54,161 nucleotides of DNA from a virus (IMGVR_UViG_3300043446_003900:1-54161), one strand, 5' to 3'. Shown: positions 1 to 11,739, counted from the stretch's first letter. Notes: a model not told the origin generated them from the sequence alone. A program made the numbers and translations.

Positions 1-945
1 GTAATCCTTGATTACCTTGTAATCCTTGAGTACCTTGATGTCCTTGAAGACCTTGATTACCTTGAGTACCTTGAGTACCTTGTAATCCTTGAGTACCTTG
101 ATGTCCTTGAAGACCTTGAGTACCTTGAAGACCTTGAGTACCTTGATTACCTTGCAATCCTTGAAGACCTTGAGTGCCTTGTAATCCTTGAGTTCCTTGA
201 TTACTTAAACCTTGAGTACCTTGTAATCCTTGAGTACCTTGATGTCCTTGAAGACCTTGATTACCTTGAGTACCTTGAGTACCTTGTAATCCTTGAGTAC
301 CTTGAAGACCTTGATTACCTTGAAGTCCTTGAGTACCTTGAGTACCTTGAAGTCCTTGATTACCTTGAAGTCCTTGAGTGCCTTGTAATCCTTGAGTGCC
401 TTGTAATCCTTGAGTTCCTTGATTACTTAAACCTTGAGTACCTTGATGTCCTTGAAGACCTTGATTACCTTGAGTACCTTGAGTACCTTGTAATCCTTGA
501 GTACCTTGTAATCCTTGAGTACCTTGTAATCCTTGATTACCTTGAGTACCTTGAGTACCTTGTAATCCTTGAAGACCTTGAGTGCCTTGAAGACCTTGAG
601 TTCCTTGATTACTTAAACCTTGAGTACCTTGTAATCCTTGATTACCTTGTAATCCTTGAGTACCTTGAAGACCTTGATTACCTTGAAGTCCTTGAGTACC
701 TTGAGTACCTTGAAGTCCTTGATTACCTTGAAGTCCTTGATTTCCTTGAACGCCTTGATTACTTAAACCTTGTAATCCTTGATTACCTTGAGTACCTTGA
801 GTACCTTGTAATCCTTGAAGACCTTGAACGCCTTGATTACTTAAACCTTGTAATCCTTGATTACCTTGAGTACCTTGAGTACCTTGTAATCCTTGAAGAC
901 CTTGAGTGCCTTGAAGACCTTGAAGACCTTGAGTACCTTGACTAC
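1..945 (-). repeat. 9-bp-periodic collagen-coding repeat (Gly-X-Gln)n
   Basis: Plus-strand units such as ccttgagta / ccttgtaat / ccttgaaga encode QGT, QGL and QGN triplets, with recurring GLSNQG interruptions. Confidence 0.95.
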
Positions 946-1795
946 CCAAAGAAGAAAATACCTGCCAAGTACCAGTTCCACCTTCATCTTCATAAATTAT
1001 ATCTAAAATAGTATTTGAAATATCAATAACTAAATCTTCAGAATAACCCTCAATAGTGCTTCCATTTCTATCTAATGTTAGATTATTTACAAACCAATTT
1101 CCACCATCAGCTATTCTTACTATTGCTCCAGGTGGAGGACTAAGTGGTAACTTTAAGGTAAAAGATCCAGAAGTTGTATCCGCTATTACTTGACTACCAT
1201 CTACTAATAAATCATTATTATTTAAAATAGTTTTTCTTACCCAAGAAGATGGTTGTCCACCTATTCCCTGTGTTCCTTGAACACCTTGAAGACCTTGAAG
1301 ACCTTGAGCACCTTGATTACTTAAACCTTGAAGACCTTGAGCACCCTGATCTCCCTCAGTTCCAGTTCCTCCTACAAATCCTTGAAGTCCTTGAGAACCT
1401 TGATTACCTTGAACACCTTGAAGACCTTGAGCACCTTGATTACTTAAACCTTGAAGACCTTGAGCACCCTGATCTCCCTCAGTTCCAGTTCCTCCTGCAA
1501 ATCCTTGAAGACCTTGGTTCCCCTGAAGTCCTTGTGATCCTTGGAGACCTTTTAAATCAATTCCAGAACCTTCTTCAGAAATGGGCAACCAATATCTTTT
1601 TCCAACATGCCCATCAACAGCAGCCAAGATAAAAGTTTGACCAACTGGTTTTGGATTTACAGTAGTAGATGCAATACCAACTTTAGGATCACCTAAATCT
1701 GGTTCTGCTTGTTCTAATGATAAAAACTCATATCTATCAGAAGTTATTCCAGTTTGATCAAATCTTCTTACTCTACCAGAATTATATTTTACCAT
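1..1795 (-). CDS. Collagen-like tail fibre/virion protein (3'-truncated by the window edge; absent from the ORF track)
   Basis: ATG at 1795 reads MVKYNSGRVRRFDQTGITSDRYEFLSLEQAEPDLGDP, an N-terminus typical of cyanophage fibre proteins. It is followed by GXQ triplets, a DTTSGSFTLKLP...DRNGSTIEG...TWQV fibre domain (~950-1240) and GXQ repeats that stay open to base 1. Confidence 0.85.
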   Translation of the reverse strand, partial: MVKYNSGRVRRFDQTGITSDRYEFLSLEQAEPDLGDPKVGIASTTVNPKPVGQTFILAAVDGHVGKRYWLPISEEGSGIDLKGLQGSQGLQGNQGLQGFAGGTGTEGDQGAQGLQGLSNQGAQGLQGVQGNQGSQGLQGFVGGTGTEGDQGAQGLQGLSNQGAQGLQGLQGVQGTQGIGGQPSSWVRKTILNNNDLLVDGSQVIADTTSGSFTLKLPLSPPPGAIVRIADGGNWFVNNLTLDRNGSTIEGYSEDLVIDISNTILDIIYEDEGGTGTWQVFSSLGSQGTQGLQGLQGTQGLQGLQGTQGTQGNQGLQGLSNQGVQGLQGLQGTQGTQGNQGLQGLSNQGVQGNQGLQGNQGLQGTQGTQGLQGNQGLQGTQGLQGNQGLQGTQGLSNQGTQGLQGTQGLQGLQGTQGTQGNQGLQGTQGLQGTQGLQGTQGTQGNQGLQGHQGTQGLSNQGTQGLQGTQGLQGTQGLQGNQGLQGTQGTQGLQGNQGLQGTQGLQGTQGTQGNQGLQGHQGTQGLQGTQGLSNQGTQGLQGTQGLQGLQGNQGTQGLQGTQGLQGHQGTQGLQGTQGTQGNQGLQGHQGTQGLQGNQGL

Positions 1796-1805
1796 TTTAT
1801 CTTTA

Positions 1806-2153
1806 TCACTGTTTTGCAGTTTCTAAAACACTTAATACTAAAGTTAAGGCATTATTTTCACTTGCTTGAACTTTAAAAATATCATTAGTTTCTAAAACAA
1901 GTCTGCCGTCAGAAACTATATTATAACCGTCTTTTGGTGGTATTGGAACCTGAGCACTTAAACTAATATCACTTGGAGACTCTGAAGTTCTAGAATGATA
2001 TGCAGTTACTGATACAATACCCGAAGAAGTATTTGATACTTGAGATAAAATAATAATCGATGCTACTCCAGCAGGGCATGTATATATTCCAGTATTGGTG
2101 GTTGTTACATTATACCTTATTGTTCTAAATTTATTAAGTGCAACTACTGCCAT
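1806..2153 (-). CDS. Small virion structural protein, fibre-associated
   Basis: 115-aa beta-rich ORF (IYTCPAG...IIILSQVSN...GRLVLETND) between two fibre genes. It resembles the two C-terminal domains of the collagen protein ending at 51697. Confidence 0.7.
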   Translation of the reverse strand: MAVVALNKFRTIRYNVTTTNTGIYTCPAGVASIIILSQVSNTSSGIVSVTAYHSRTSESPSDISLSAQVPIPPKDGYNIVSDGRLVLETNDIFKVQASENNALTLVLSVLETAKQ

Positions 2154-2154
2154 T

Positions 2155-5100
2155 TTATATTCCTAATGCAATAATTAGAGGTGTTACTGTATTTAACAAA
2201 CTTTGATTGAACGCTCTTCCACTAATAGTACCAGTGATTTGATTTATTGTTACATCTGGACCTATTCTGAAATTTCCAGATTGATTAGTACCGGTAAATA
2301 CAATTTTACCACCATTTAGCATTACAAATTCGGAATTTAGATCAGTTACTCCACCTAAAGAAGGTTTTGCAGTATTAATATTAGTTCCACTACCAACCCA
2401 TTCTAAAGAAATTGTGGTTGCAAGTTGCAGACTTAATCTGGAAAAATAAACAGTCGTTCCTGCACTCACTGTATTATTTAGATTTTGTTGTAAAATTACT
2501 GTCGAAATACCAGAAACTGGTAATGTCGCACTTTCTATTCCATAATAAATTGGATACATAGTTGTCGTAAGTGCTAATCCAACTCCACCATTATGATTAA
2601 TAGTATATCCAGGATTTGTTAAATATTGGGATCCTGTACTGTTAACATCTATTGAGGTAATTGTTCCAGAATCTGAGACATTTACAGAAACTTCCGCAGT
2701 TACTCCGTTTTGTCCCGTTGGATCTGAAAGAGTAATTACGGGAGGATTTGTTTGGGAATATCCAGATCCACCGTTTGTTACTATAGCAGTTTGAACTTGA
2801 TAATATAATTTATCAAAGTATATTGCTTGCCCATCATAAGGACGATTTGTTCCTAATCCAGAAATTACAATTGTATCCGGATTATTTCCAGCAAAATCTA
2901 CTTCATTTACAACAGCACCAGTGTAGCGATAAATTGATCTTGATTCTGCATCACCAACTCCATTAGAAACTAATCCTCTGTTACCAAAAGAAGAATTAGA
3001 GTTTGTAATATCACACTGCCCACCACCAGAAGTCCAATGTCCGATATCATTACAAATTGTAAAAATTGAAACTAATTGAGCATATGCTCCATTGGTAATA
3101 GAAACTCCAATACCACCTTGATTGTATTGTGTATATGAATCTACTGACATTGTACCAGTTACACCAATATCATTTTGATCTCCAGGTTCTGCATGGAATC
3201 CATCAACTTTCATTCCAATACTCTTTGGAATAAAATTAGTACAATTCCTTACATAAGGACCTTGTGTGATCGGACCAACACCTGGAGAATATGTATTTCC
3301 TCCAATTTTTGTTGAAGACCAGTTATTATTAGATTGCCCATCATAATCATAAGGATATGATGTATTAATTCCAGATCCACTTAAACCATTTTTAATAATT
3401 GTAGTTACTACACCAACACAACTTGAAACGGCAGAAAGAACATTGGAACAATTTCCAATACTATAATTTGTTGCACCATCAGGTTGCATACTCAAATCTT
3501 TTACTTGTGTAAAGATATTTTGATAGGTGGAAGTTCCATTTTTTGTCCAAGATACGTTATTAATACAAGAATGTGCAATACCTATTGCATATTTTAAAGT
3601 ATCAATTGTTGCATCTTTTACGGAATAACCATTAGTGTCAGTTCCAGTAATATGAAGAAGAGTTGCACCATTATAATATGATTTTCCAGCACCAACACAT
3701 TTTGAGTTTCCTCCACGAGTAATATCAAAACATACTGCTTTTAAAATATCTTTAATATCATCTTTACAATCATTCGGATTTCCTGTTGGAATTACAAATG
3801 CTGGAGTTTTATAATCTGTACTTGTTAAATAACCAACTGCTTCTGATGCAATGAAATCAAGATTCATACGAATCATTCTTGCACCATCAAAAAATCTATC
3901 TGATGATACTCCCGCCAATGGTTGGAAAGCAACAACTGATGCACCATTTGTAGAATCTGGTCCAACAAAACTTAGGTCTGTAAGATGGCATCCATTATTT
4001 ACTTGGAATAAATCCAATCCAGAGTTTTGTGGAGTAATCATACAATTTCTGAGTTCTGTTCCTTCAACAGAAACTGTTTTTTGTAAAATTATTGGATTGT
4101 CTTCAACATATACTCCTGGAAAAACTTTAATGGTATCACCAGAACTTGCAATTCCTGCTGCATTTTTAATTGTCCTCTTTGGATAGTTTTCTGCTAGTCC
4201 AGTATTACTATCATTTCCATTTTGAGAAACATAAATTGTTTTTCCAACTGGTTTGTATGAAGTTATTGTGACTTTACCTTTACCATTTGTAGGATCAAGA
4301 TCAATACCAATTCCAGAAACTAATTGAGTTACAATTCCAACTAATGTAGATCCGTCACCCAAATAATTTGTTGCTGTTGTAGTTCCAACAACTGTTAATG
4401 ATGTATTTGTATATGGTTGAGAAGTTCCTATACCCAAACTTCCGGAAGAAGGTATAAAAGTTAATTTTTCAGAAGAAACTTTTATTGAAGAAATTCCTGA
4501 TGGAATATTTTTTGCAGTGCTAAGTCCAACAAATAAAATATTATTGTCTATATTATCATCACTTATTTTTATATCTGCACCTTCTCCCTTTAATCCTTGA
4601 AGACCTTGAGTACCTTGTAATCCTTGATTCCCTTGAGTACCTTGTAATCCTTGAAGACCTTGATTGCCTTGAAGACCTTGTGTTCCCTGAAGACCTTGTA
4701 ATCCTTGAGTTCCTTGATTACTTAAACCTTGAGTACCTTGTAATCCTTGATTACCTTGTAATCCTTGAGTACCTTGATGTCCTTGAAGACCTTGATTACC
4801 TTGAGTACCTTGAGTACCTTGTAATCCTTGAGTACCTTGATGTCCTTGAAGACCTTGAGTACCTTGTAATCCTTGATTCCCTTGAGTACCTTGTAATCCT
4901 TGAAGACCTTGAGTGCCTTGAAGACCTTGAGTGCCTTGAAGACCTTGATTACCTTGTAATCCTTGAGTACCTTGATGTCCTTGAAGACCTTGAGTGCCTT
5001 GAAGACCTTGAGTGCCTTGAAGACCTTGAGTTCCTTGAAGACCTTGAGTACCTTGATGTCCTTGAAGACCTTGATTACCTTGAAGACCTTGAGTGCCTTG

Positions 5101-6342
5101 AAGACCTTGAGTGCCTTGAAGACCTTGAGTGCCTTGAAGACCTTGAGTGCCTTGAAGACCTTGAAGACCTTGAGTGCCTTGAAGACCTTGAGTGCCTTGA
5201 AGACCTTGAAGACCTTGAGTGCCTTGAAGACCTTGATTACCTTGAGTACCTTGTAATCCTTGATTACCTTGTAATCCTTGATTACCTTGTAATCCTTGAT
5301 TACCTTGTAATCCTTGATTACCTTGTAATCCTTGATTACCTTGAGTACCTTGTAATCCTTGAGTACCTTGATGTCCTTGAAGACCTTGAGTACCTTGTAA
5401 TCCTTGATTACCTTGTAATCCTTGAGTACCTTGAAGACCTTGATTTCCCTGAAGACCTTGAAGACCTTGATTACCTTGAAGTCCTTGAGTACCTTGAGTG
5501 CCTTGAAGACCTTGATTACCTTGAGTACCTTGAGTACCTTGTAATCCTTGAAGACCTTGAGTACCTTGAAGTCCTTGAGTACCTTGAAAATTACTTAGAG
5601 TACCTTGTAATCCTTGATTACCTTGCAATCCTTGTGTTCCTTGTCGACCTTGATTACCTTGAAGACCTTGATTTCCTTGTAATCCTTGATTGCCTTGCAA
5701 TCCTTGTGTTCCTTGTCGACCTTGATTACCTTGTAATCCTTGAGTACCTTGAAGACCTTGATTACCTTGAAGTCCTTGAGTACCTTGAGTACCTTGTAAT
5801 CCTTGAGTACCTTGTAATCCTTGAGTACCTTGATGTCCTTGAAGACCTTGAGTTCCTTGAAGACCTTGAGTTCCTTGAGTACCTTGAAAATTACTTAGAG
5901 TACCTTGTAATCCTTGAAGTCCTTGAAGACCTTGCAATCCTTGTGTTCCTTGTCGACCTTGATTACCTTGAGTTCCTTGAAAATTACTTAAAGGTCCTTG
6001 AGTTCCTTGAAGACCTTGCAATCCTTGTGTTCCTTGTCGACCTTGATTACCTTGAGTTCCTTGAAAATTACTTAAAGGTCCTTGAGTTCCTTGAAAATTA
6101 CTTAAAGGTCCTTGAGTTCCTTGAAGTCCTTGAAGACCACCTCCACCTCCACCACCACCAGAAAAAAGAGCACCATTTTGATAGAGATCACCTGAAAAAT
6201 TAATATCTCCTACAACATCTAAATTATATCTAGGAAGTGTAGAACCAATACCAACAGATCCACCAACACTAATTGTATTGACTTCTAAGTCATTAATTTC
6301 CTCAGGTGGTCTATCTGTATAATAGATTCTAATTCTGGTCAT
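2155..6342 (-). CDS. Collagen-like fibre protein with a C-terminal pectin-lyase-like beta-helix domain
   Basis: About 500 aa of GXQ repeats, then [13 protein letters not shown]...PKRTIKNAA...[17 protein letters not shown] (beta-helix N-cap motif) and a cyanophage fibre-type C-terminus. Confidence 0.85.
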   Translation of the reverse strand: MTRIRIYYTDRPPEEINDLEVNTISVGGSVGIGSTLPRYNLDVVGDINFSGDLYQNGALFSGGGGGGGGLQGLQGTQGPLSNFQGTQGPLSNFQGTQGNQGRQGTQGLQGLQGTQGPLSNFQGTQGNQGRQGTQGLQGLQGLQGLQGTLSNFQGTQGTQGLQGTQGLQGHQGTQGLQGTQGLQGTQGTQGLQGNQGLQGTQGLQGNQGRQGTQGLQGNQGLQGNQGLQGNQGRQGTQGLQGNQGLQGTLSNFQGTQGLQGTQGLQGLQGTQGTQGNQGLQGTQGTQGLQGNQGLQGLQGNQGLQGTQGLQGNQGLQGTQGLQGHQGTQGLQGTQGNQGLQGNQGLQGNQGLQGNQGLQGNQGLQGTQGNQGLQGTQGLQGLQGTQGLQGTQGLQGLQGTQGLQGTQGLQGTQGLQGTQGLQGNQGLQGHQGTQGLQGTQGLQGTQGLQGTQGLQGHQGTQGLQGNQGLQGTQGLQGTQGLQGLQGTQGNQGLQGTQGLQGHQGTQGLQGTQGTQGNQGLQGHQGTQGLQGNQGLQGTQGLSNQGTQGLQGLQGTQGLQGNQGLQGLQGTQGNQGLQGTQGLQGLKGEGADIKISDDNIDNNILFVGLSTAKNIPSGISSIKVSSEKLTFIPSSGSLGIGTSQPYTNTSLTVVGTTTATNYLGDGSTLVGIVTQLVSGIGIDLDPTNGKGKVTITSYKPVGKTIYVSQNGNDSNTGLAENYPKRTIKNAAGIASSGDTIKVFPGVYVEDNPIILQKTVSVEGTELRNCMITPQNSGLDLFQVNNGCHLTDLSFVGPDSTNGASVVAFQPLAGVSSDRFFDGARMIRMNLDFIASEAVGYLTSTDYKTPAFVIPTGNPNDCKDDIKDILKAVCFDITRGGNSKCVGAGKSYYNGATLLHITGTDTNGYSVKDATIDTLKYAIGIAHSCINNVSWTKNGTSTYQNIFTQVKDLSMQPDGATNYSIGNCSNVLSAVSSCVGVVTTIIKNGLSGSGINTSYPYDYDGQSNNNWSSTKIGGNTYSPGVGPITQGPYVRNCTNFIPKSIGMKVDGFHAEPGDQNDIGVTGTMSVDSYTQYNQGGIGVSITNGAYAQLVSIFTICNDIGHWTSGGGQCDITNSNSSFGNRGLVSNGVGDAESRSIYRYTGAVVNEVDFAGNNPDTIVISGLGTNRPYDGQAIYFDKLYYQVQTAIVTNGGSGYSQTNPPVITLSDPTGQNGVTAEVSVNVSDSGTITSIDVNSTGSQYLTNPGYTINHNGGVGLALTTTMYPIYYGIESATLPVSGISTVILQQNLNNTVSAGTTVYFSRLSLQLATTISLEWVGSGTNINTAKPSLGGVTDLNSEFVMLNGGKIVFTGTNQSGNFRIGPDVTINQITGTISGRAFNQSLLNTVTPLIIALGI
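4590..6138 (-). repeat. Collagen-coding (Gly-X-Gln)n tract
   Basis: Continuous 9-bp periodicity; X is mostly L, T, N or H; GPLSNFQG / GTLSNFQG interruptions near the N-terminal end. Confidence 0.95.
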
Positions 6343-7235
6343 TTATTGTTTCTCCTGTCGTAATTCCATCCTGCAAGAGAATATTCTCTATTATCTCCTG
6401 GGTAATCTGCTGGTGTTTTACCTTCATATTCAACAATTAATTTTTCACCAAGCCTATCTGCCCATACTTGATAATAGCAATTTACAGTAGTTCCATTTCC
6501 AGATTTAATTCTTATTCTTTTTCCCCATTCAATTGATTCTACAATTAAATCTTGACTATGCCCAATTTGTGTCAAATTAACGCTGATAGTTTCTGGATCA
6601 ATTAAACCATTCCAATAGTCTGGGAGTTCGATAATATTTTTTCCTTCTAATTTACCTCTAATATAAACAGCAGATTCTGGACCTTCTACACAAATATGCC
6701 TTAACCTATGATTTGGTTTGTTTGGATGTGAAATATCAAATCCTTTTTTACTATTAATTGCTGATGCCACATCTTGCCCAATTCCATCAATAAAAAGAGT
6801 TCCACTTATTGCACATATTGTACTATTAATAGCAGTCGTTGGAGCAGTAAATTCATTTGATCCTTTAGCAGTAATTGAATTATCTCCACCAGAAGAAACA
6901 CAAAAAGAAGCACCAAGAAAATCATTACTAGAACATATTGAAGTAAAGCTTGTACCATCACATAAAGTTTCTCCAGTAAAAACTGAAGATCCTACTACAT
7001 TTAATAATCCAAAAGTATCTGATATTCCATATACTGTCAAACTAACTGGAGCAGTAATCCCTGGTTTTATAGTTACTGAGGAAAAATCCATTGAATTGTG
7101 CCCCATTCCAAAATAAGCCTGATATATACTTGCTGTTCCAGGTTGTCTAAAAATTTGAGGTAGTTCAAGTGCGGTTCCAAAAATACCATGAATAATATCT
7201 AATAAACCTGCGCCTGCTCCATCTGAAGATGCCAT
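6339..7235 (-). CDS. gp5-associated spike/tail protein with a C-terminal intramolecular-chaperone-like domain
   Basis: KGFDISHP...HRLRHICVEGPESAVYIRG...IELPDYW motif, typical of phage tail chaperone (peptidase S74-related) domains; lies after the gp5 pieces. Confidence 0.65.
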   Translation of the reverse strand: MASSDGAGAGLLDIIHGIFGTALELPQIFRQPGTASIYQAYFGMGHNSMDFSSVTIKPGITAPVSLTVYGISDTFGLLNVVGSSVFTGETLCDGTSFTSICSSNDFLGASFCVSSGGDNSITAKGSNEFTAPTTAINSTICAISGTLFIDGIGQDVASAINSKKGFDISHPNKPNHRLRHICVEGPESAVYIRGKLEGKNIIELPDYWNGLIDPETISVNLTQIGHSQDLIVESIEWGKRIRIKSGNGTTVNCYYQVWADRLGEKLIVEYEGKTPADYPGDNREYSLAGWNYDRRNNK

Positions 7236-7246
7236 ATAATTTCTCC

Positions 7247-7846
7247 TTACTTACATGAATTAGATAGTCCTTGCAATATTGATCCCCAATTTCCAGCAAG
7301 GACACTAGAAATTAAACTTCCAGTAGAAGCAACTCCACCGTCAACCACTTTACCTGCATTTTTTATAAAAGCTGGTGACGATATTGTGACTCCACCTTCA
7401 CCATGAATGCAAACATTTTTACCTCCAGCTAATTTTATTTGATCACCAGTGGTAAGTATTATTTGACCATTTGCAGAAGCTAAAATATTACCAGATCCAG
7501 ACGGGCCGCTTGTCTCTATGTAAATATTTTTTGCTTTTAATCTAATGCTTCCGTTTTCGGCAATTAATGCAATATCTCCATTTTTTGCACAAATAGATCG
7601 TGCTATTCCACCATTTTCTTCAGGATCTGTTTGATGTCCACAAGTCTCATAATTACTACGCATTATATGTTCAACTTTATTTCCACTTTTACCATATACT
7701 ATTTGACAGTCAGTTGATGTGATAATACTTAAATCTCGTCCATCATCCCCAGATTCTGGAGCTATGGGTCCACAATGTATAAAACAATGCGAGTTATTTG
7801 CAATAGTATAGTCTGGGGCTGACTGTGGCATTATCTGGAAACGCAA
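7247..7846 (-). CDS. gp5 C-terminal-like beta-helix (spike) protein
   Basis: Repeating I.A.NG.I.L.A beta-strand pattern (ICAKNGDIALIAENGSIRLKAKNIYIE); directly downstream of the gp5 body. Confidence 0.6.
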   Translation of the reverse strand: MRFQIMPQSAPDYTIANNSHCFIHCGPIAPESGDDGRDLSIITSTDCQIVYGKSGNKVEHIMRSNYETCGHQTDPEENGGIARSICAKNGDIALIAENGSIRLKAKNIYIETSGPSGSGNILASANGQIILTTGDQIKLAGGKNVCIHGEGGVTISSPAFIKNAGKVVDGGVASTGSLISSVLAGNWGSILQGLSNSCK

Positions 7847-10800
7847 TCTATGATTCGTACAAGTTTAGCGGGGTCAATTGATTTTAAATTGTTTTCTTTC
7901 AAAAATTGATCCAATGGAATAAAATCCAAATTTACTCTAAATTTAGCGCCTAAACCTTCTCTGTTATTTATTTCTATTTCTGGAACTCTTGTAAATCCGT
8001 AACCAGGATTTATAACATTAACTGCAACTATTGACCCATTTGGACTAATCACTGGAGTTAATATGGATCCTCCACCAGCAGTTATTGTAGTATTTGGTGG
8101 ATAATTGTTTCCAGGATTTATTGGAGTAACGGTGTTAATAACAGCAACAGCAGGAGTTCCAATAGAAGTATCATTTATAGTTATTGATACACTACTAACC
8201 ACGTAGTCTGGTTTCAATAAATCTTTTTTTATTTTTACATAAAATTCTTCCTGTCTTTCAGTAGTTAAATCTGCTGAAATAATCTTACTGAATGTACCTA
8301 CATTATTACTAATAACAAAATTTCCTGTTAAAGAATTATCAGTAAAATCAGAAGCTGTTACAGATCCAAATAAACCAATTATTTCATAAAAATAACTTCC
8401 ATTATCTGCAGGATCACTAACTTTAACCTCAAAATCTATAATATCACCTTCACTAACAACTGTTTTGCTTGGAGTACAAATAAATTTTCCAGGAGATGGC
8501 AAAATTTGAACTGGTGGAAGTTGACTTAAAGAAGTATCAGTTATAGTTATTCCTCCACTAGTTGCAACAAGTGCAGGAACATTTGGAATTCTTTTTATTA
8601 AAACATTAAATTGTTCGGATACTTCTGTTAAGGCATCTTTAGATATAGTTTTACTAAATGTTCCACTATTGTTTCCCGGAGAAATATTATTGATAGTAAA
8701 AGATCCAGTTAAAGTATTATCAGTAAAATCAGAATCTGTTACAGATCCAAATAATGAGATTATTTCATAATAAAAAATTCCAACATCTGCAGGATCTGTA
8801 CTTGTTACTGTAAAGTTTACAGTATCACCTTCATTAGGAAAAAATGTACTTGGTACACAATTAAATGCACCTGCAATCGGTGCTGGTGGTGCTGGTGGTG
8901 CTGGTGCTGGTGGTGCTGGTGCTGGTGGTGCTGGTGGTGGTGCTGGTAAGGGACTTACACTTATACTAACTTTTTGATTAGTTGTTTTGGGTCCAGAAGA
9001 ATATGGATTATTTGCTGTTAATTCATATTCAATAGTAGCATTTCCTGAACTGGGGAATGGAATATCTACAGGCATTACAAAACTTAATGATCCATCTGCA
9101 GGAATACTTGTATATCCAGTGAGAGGATTTTTAAAACCAGTTGCAGATAAAGAACAATCAATTGCATCTGTAGTATCCCAATCAAGTTTAACAATTTGAC
9201 CAACCGTAACATTTGTTGGATTTGCAGTGAAATTATTAATAGTTGGGGTATTTGTATTAATAACTGGTGGTGATGTAGGTATGAGAGATCCTTTTACTGG
9301 ATCATTTACTGTAAGAATAAAATCTTTTGTAACTATTTGTGGAGCTGAATTTTGTTCATTTTTAACAGCGGTAATAGTATAAGTAACAGTTGTTTGTTTT
9401 TTTCCGCTAGGAAAGGTTGGATTAACAAGGACACTTGCCGATCCAATTAATGGAATATTATTAAATCCAGAAACATTTAAAGAGGCAGACGTAGCATTCA
9501 CAATTGACCAATTCAATGTAATTGTATTATTGGTATCTACTGGATTTGGAGATCCAGTAAAAATTTGGATTACTGGAGATCCTGAAGTTGCAGTTGCAGT
9601 TGCTGAACTGTAATTATTTCCCGGATTTATTACATTAATATTACAAATAGATTTTCCTTTTTTCTTAGGAGGTAGAGATTTTTTTGAATTTGGTGAAGTT
9701 GTAAATCTTTCAAAAAATCCATGACTGGTAGAAAGAATATAATCATTCCAATCATCACCACCATTTTCAACAACTATAGATGTGTTTGGTAAAGATCCAC
9801 TAGTTAATATTTTATTAACTTTTTCATTTCCAATATATAATGCTCCAGATCCAGAAGATACTGAAAGAGGTCCATAAATTTTTCCAGGAACTAAATTAAC
9901 TAATCGTTGTACTTTATTTCCTGAAAATCCTGGACCAGTCAAAGTTTCATTTTTTGTTTTTGAAACTGGTAAATTTACAGCATATCCAGTTTCACTTCCT
10001 GTTGTGGTGAATAGAACATTTATTGGAGCAGTACTTGTAGTAGTTGTCGGTGCTGTAGGTGGGGTAACATATGACGCAAAAAATCCTTCATTTGTTGAAA
10101 TAACATAATCATTCCAATCATCACCACCATTTTCAACAACTATAGATGTGTTTGGTAAAGATCCACTATTATTAACTCCAGAAACAACTTGATCCCCAAC
10201 ATACAATGTTCCTGGATCACCTGTTTTAACAATTGGACCATAAACTTCACCAGATTTTAAATTCATAGATATTTGTACTGGAACATTATTTGTTGAAGGA
10301 TATGGAAGAGGTGGAATTTTAGCTCCACTAATAGTAGTTCCAGGAATATTAACAGAGTATATGAATGCTGCTTCTTTAGTTAAAGTAAATGTTACGACAA
10401 CTGTTCCTGCAGAATCAATTGGAGTTGCAGAAGTTAAATCTAAATAAATTCCCGGACCATTCCATCCAGTAACTGCTGTTGAATTTGTAGAATTTATTAA
10501 ATTTAAGTAAACGCCAGGACCATTATACCCTACAATTTTCTTGGATTTTTTTGAAGATGAAGGTTTTGGACACAATACTGCTAATGCACTAGCATTAATT
10601 CCACAACCACCAGGATCAACTATAGAGACAAAAGGAGGAGAAGTATAATCAGATCCTCCATTTAATAAATTGACACCAATAACTTCGCCAATTTGATTAA
10701 CTACCGCATTTGCTGCTGCCCCAGAACCACCACCACCAAATATAACTACTTGAGGTATTCCACATTTAAATACTCCCGTATAACAATCTCCAGGGGACTG

Positions 10801-11739
10801 AGAAGTATTACTATTTGGACCAAAAAATTCTGCTAACCAATCTTCTGCTTTTGTCTGTTGAGCATCAACAAAACCAGAAGCAGAAGCAGTAAAATTTTGA
10901 AAATTAGCAATTGCACTTGGCTCTGGTCCACCCCAAATAGATGCTTTAAAATTTTTTACTTCCGGGCATTCTGGACGGGCACAGAAAAATGCTTCATAAC
11001 CAAGAATTTGATCAATAATTCCATTTACTTGCCCTACAATGTTGATTACTCCACCCAGAACATCTCCAAGTTGATTTAAAAATGGTTGAATAGACTCTTC
11101 TATTTCTAATGAAAGTCTATTCATCATAGCATTTAAATAATTTTGAACCGCACATAGTGGAGTTTGTATAATTTGACCAACTAAAGAATATAAAAAATCT
11201 CCGGCAAAATCAACTAACCCATCAATAATATCATCAAATGAACATGCGAGTTGCTCTATCAATGTTTGTAAAACACCTTCTTTGATTTGCTTGGTTCTGG
11301 GAGTTAAAAAAGATTCTAACGCTTTATCAATTAACTCCCTAATTTTATTTAATATCCAATTTCTAATTCTCTGAATTAAAGTTTTTAAAATAGATGCAAT
11401 TGCTTCAGATACTTTTGTTATTTCTCCTGCAATATTTTGAATCATATTAATTGATCCAACAATATAAACATTACTATATTGTTGTATACCTCTCAATAAA
11501 GTAAAAAAGTTATTTAATGTTACGCTAAGATCACCTAATATACCTTCACCACAAGGATCTCCTAGATTCCAAGAATAATTAGATAAAAGTTTAAAATTTT
11601 CATATGAAGATGTTGCAAAATAATGTTGGGTTTTGCCATAAAAAGTATCATTTATTTTCACATTATAATCAATTCCACTTAAATCTTTCCAATAATTCGG
11701 AAGATCAGAATTATACGCATTTGGAATTAACTCTGCCAT
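7831..11739 (-). CDS. Baseplate hub/gp5 middle-region protein with inserted duplicated Ig-like and Calx-beta-like modules
   Basis: Cyanophage gp5-like helical region and FGGGGSGAAANAVV...GSDYTSPPFVSIVDPGGCG motif; C-terminal VRIIDCV; internal duplicated domains and a PAPPA linker. Confidence 0.65.
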   Translation of the reverse strand: MAELIPNAYNSDLPNYWKDLSGIDYNVKINDTFYGKTQHYFATSSYENFKLLSNYSWNLGDPCGEGILGDLSVTLNNFFTLLRGIQQYSNVYIVGSINMIQNIAGEITKVSEAIASILKTLIQRIRNWILNKIRELIDKALESFLTPRTKQIKEGVLQTLIEQLACSFDDIIDGLVDFAGDFLYSLVGQIIQTPLCAVQNYLNAMMNRLSLEIEESIQPFLNQLGDVLGGVINIVGQVNGIIDQILGYEAFFCARPECPEVKNFKASIWGGPEPSAIANFQNFTASASGFVDAQQTKAEDWLAEFFGPNSNTSQSPGDCYTGVFKCGIPQVVIFGGGGSGAAANAVVNQIGEVIGVNLLNGGSDYTSPPFVSIVDPGGCGINASALAVLCPKPSSSKKSKKIVGYNGPGVYLNLINSTNSTAVTGWNGPGIYLDLTSATPIDSAGTVVVTFTLTKEAAFIYSVNIPGTTISGAKIPPLPYPSTNNVPVQISMNLKSGEVYGPIVKTGDPGTLYVGDQVVSGVNNSGSLPNTSIVVENGGDDWNDYVISTNEGFFASYVTPPTAPTTTTSTAPINVLFTTTGSETGYAVNLPVSKTKNETLTGPGFSGNKVQRLVNLVPGKIYGPLSVSSGSGALYIGNEKVNKILTSGSLPNTSIVVENGGDDWNDYILSTSHGFFERFTTSPNSKKSLPPKKKGKSICNINVINPGNNYSSATATATSGSPVIQIFTGSPNPVDTNNTITLNWSIVNATSASLNVSGFNNIPLIGSASVLVNPTFPSGKKQTTVTYTITAVKNEQNSAPQIVTKDFILTVNDPVKGSLIPTSPPVINTNTPTINNFTANPTNVTVGQIVKLDWDTTDAIDCSLSATGFKNPLTGYTSIPADGSLSFVMPVDIPFPSSGNATIEYELTANNPYSSGPKTTNQKVSISVSPLPAPPPAPPAPAPPAPAPPAPPAPIAGAFNCVPSTFFPNEGDTVNFTVTSTDPADVGIFYYEIISLFGSVTDSDFTDNTLTGSFTINNISPGNNSGTFSKTISKDALTEVSEQFNVLIKRIPNVPALVATSGGITITDTSLSQLPPVQILPSPGKFICTPSKTVVSEGDIIDFEVKVSDPADNGSYFYEIIGLFGSVTASDFTDNSLTGNFVISNNVGTFSKIISADLTTERQEEFYVKIKKDLLKPDYVVSSVSITINDTSIGTPAVAVINTVTPINPGNNYPPNTTITAGGGSILTPVISPNGSIVAVNVINPGYGFTRVPEIEINNREGLGAKFRVNLDFIPLDQFLKENNLKSIDPAKLVRIIDCVSR

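Noticed and set aside
4680-6203. Long plus-strand LEDLEYL ORFs (also 1249-1632, 4963-5256, 52416-52910) and alternative-frame ORFs 52533-52871 and 53415-53648
   Set aside because: Stop-free antisense or shifted frames produced by the 9-bp collagen repeat; no independent coding signal.
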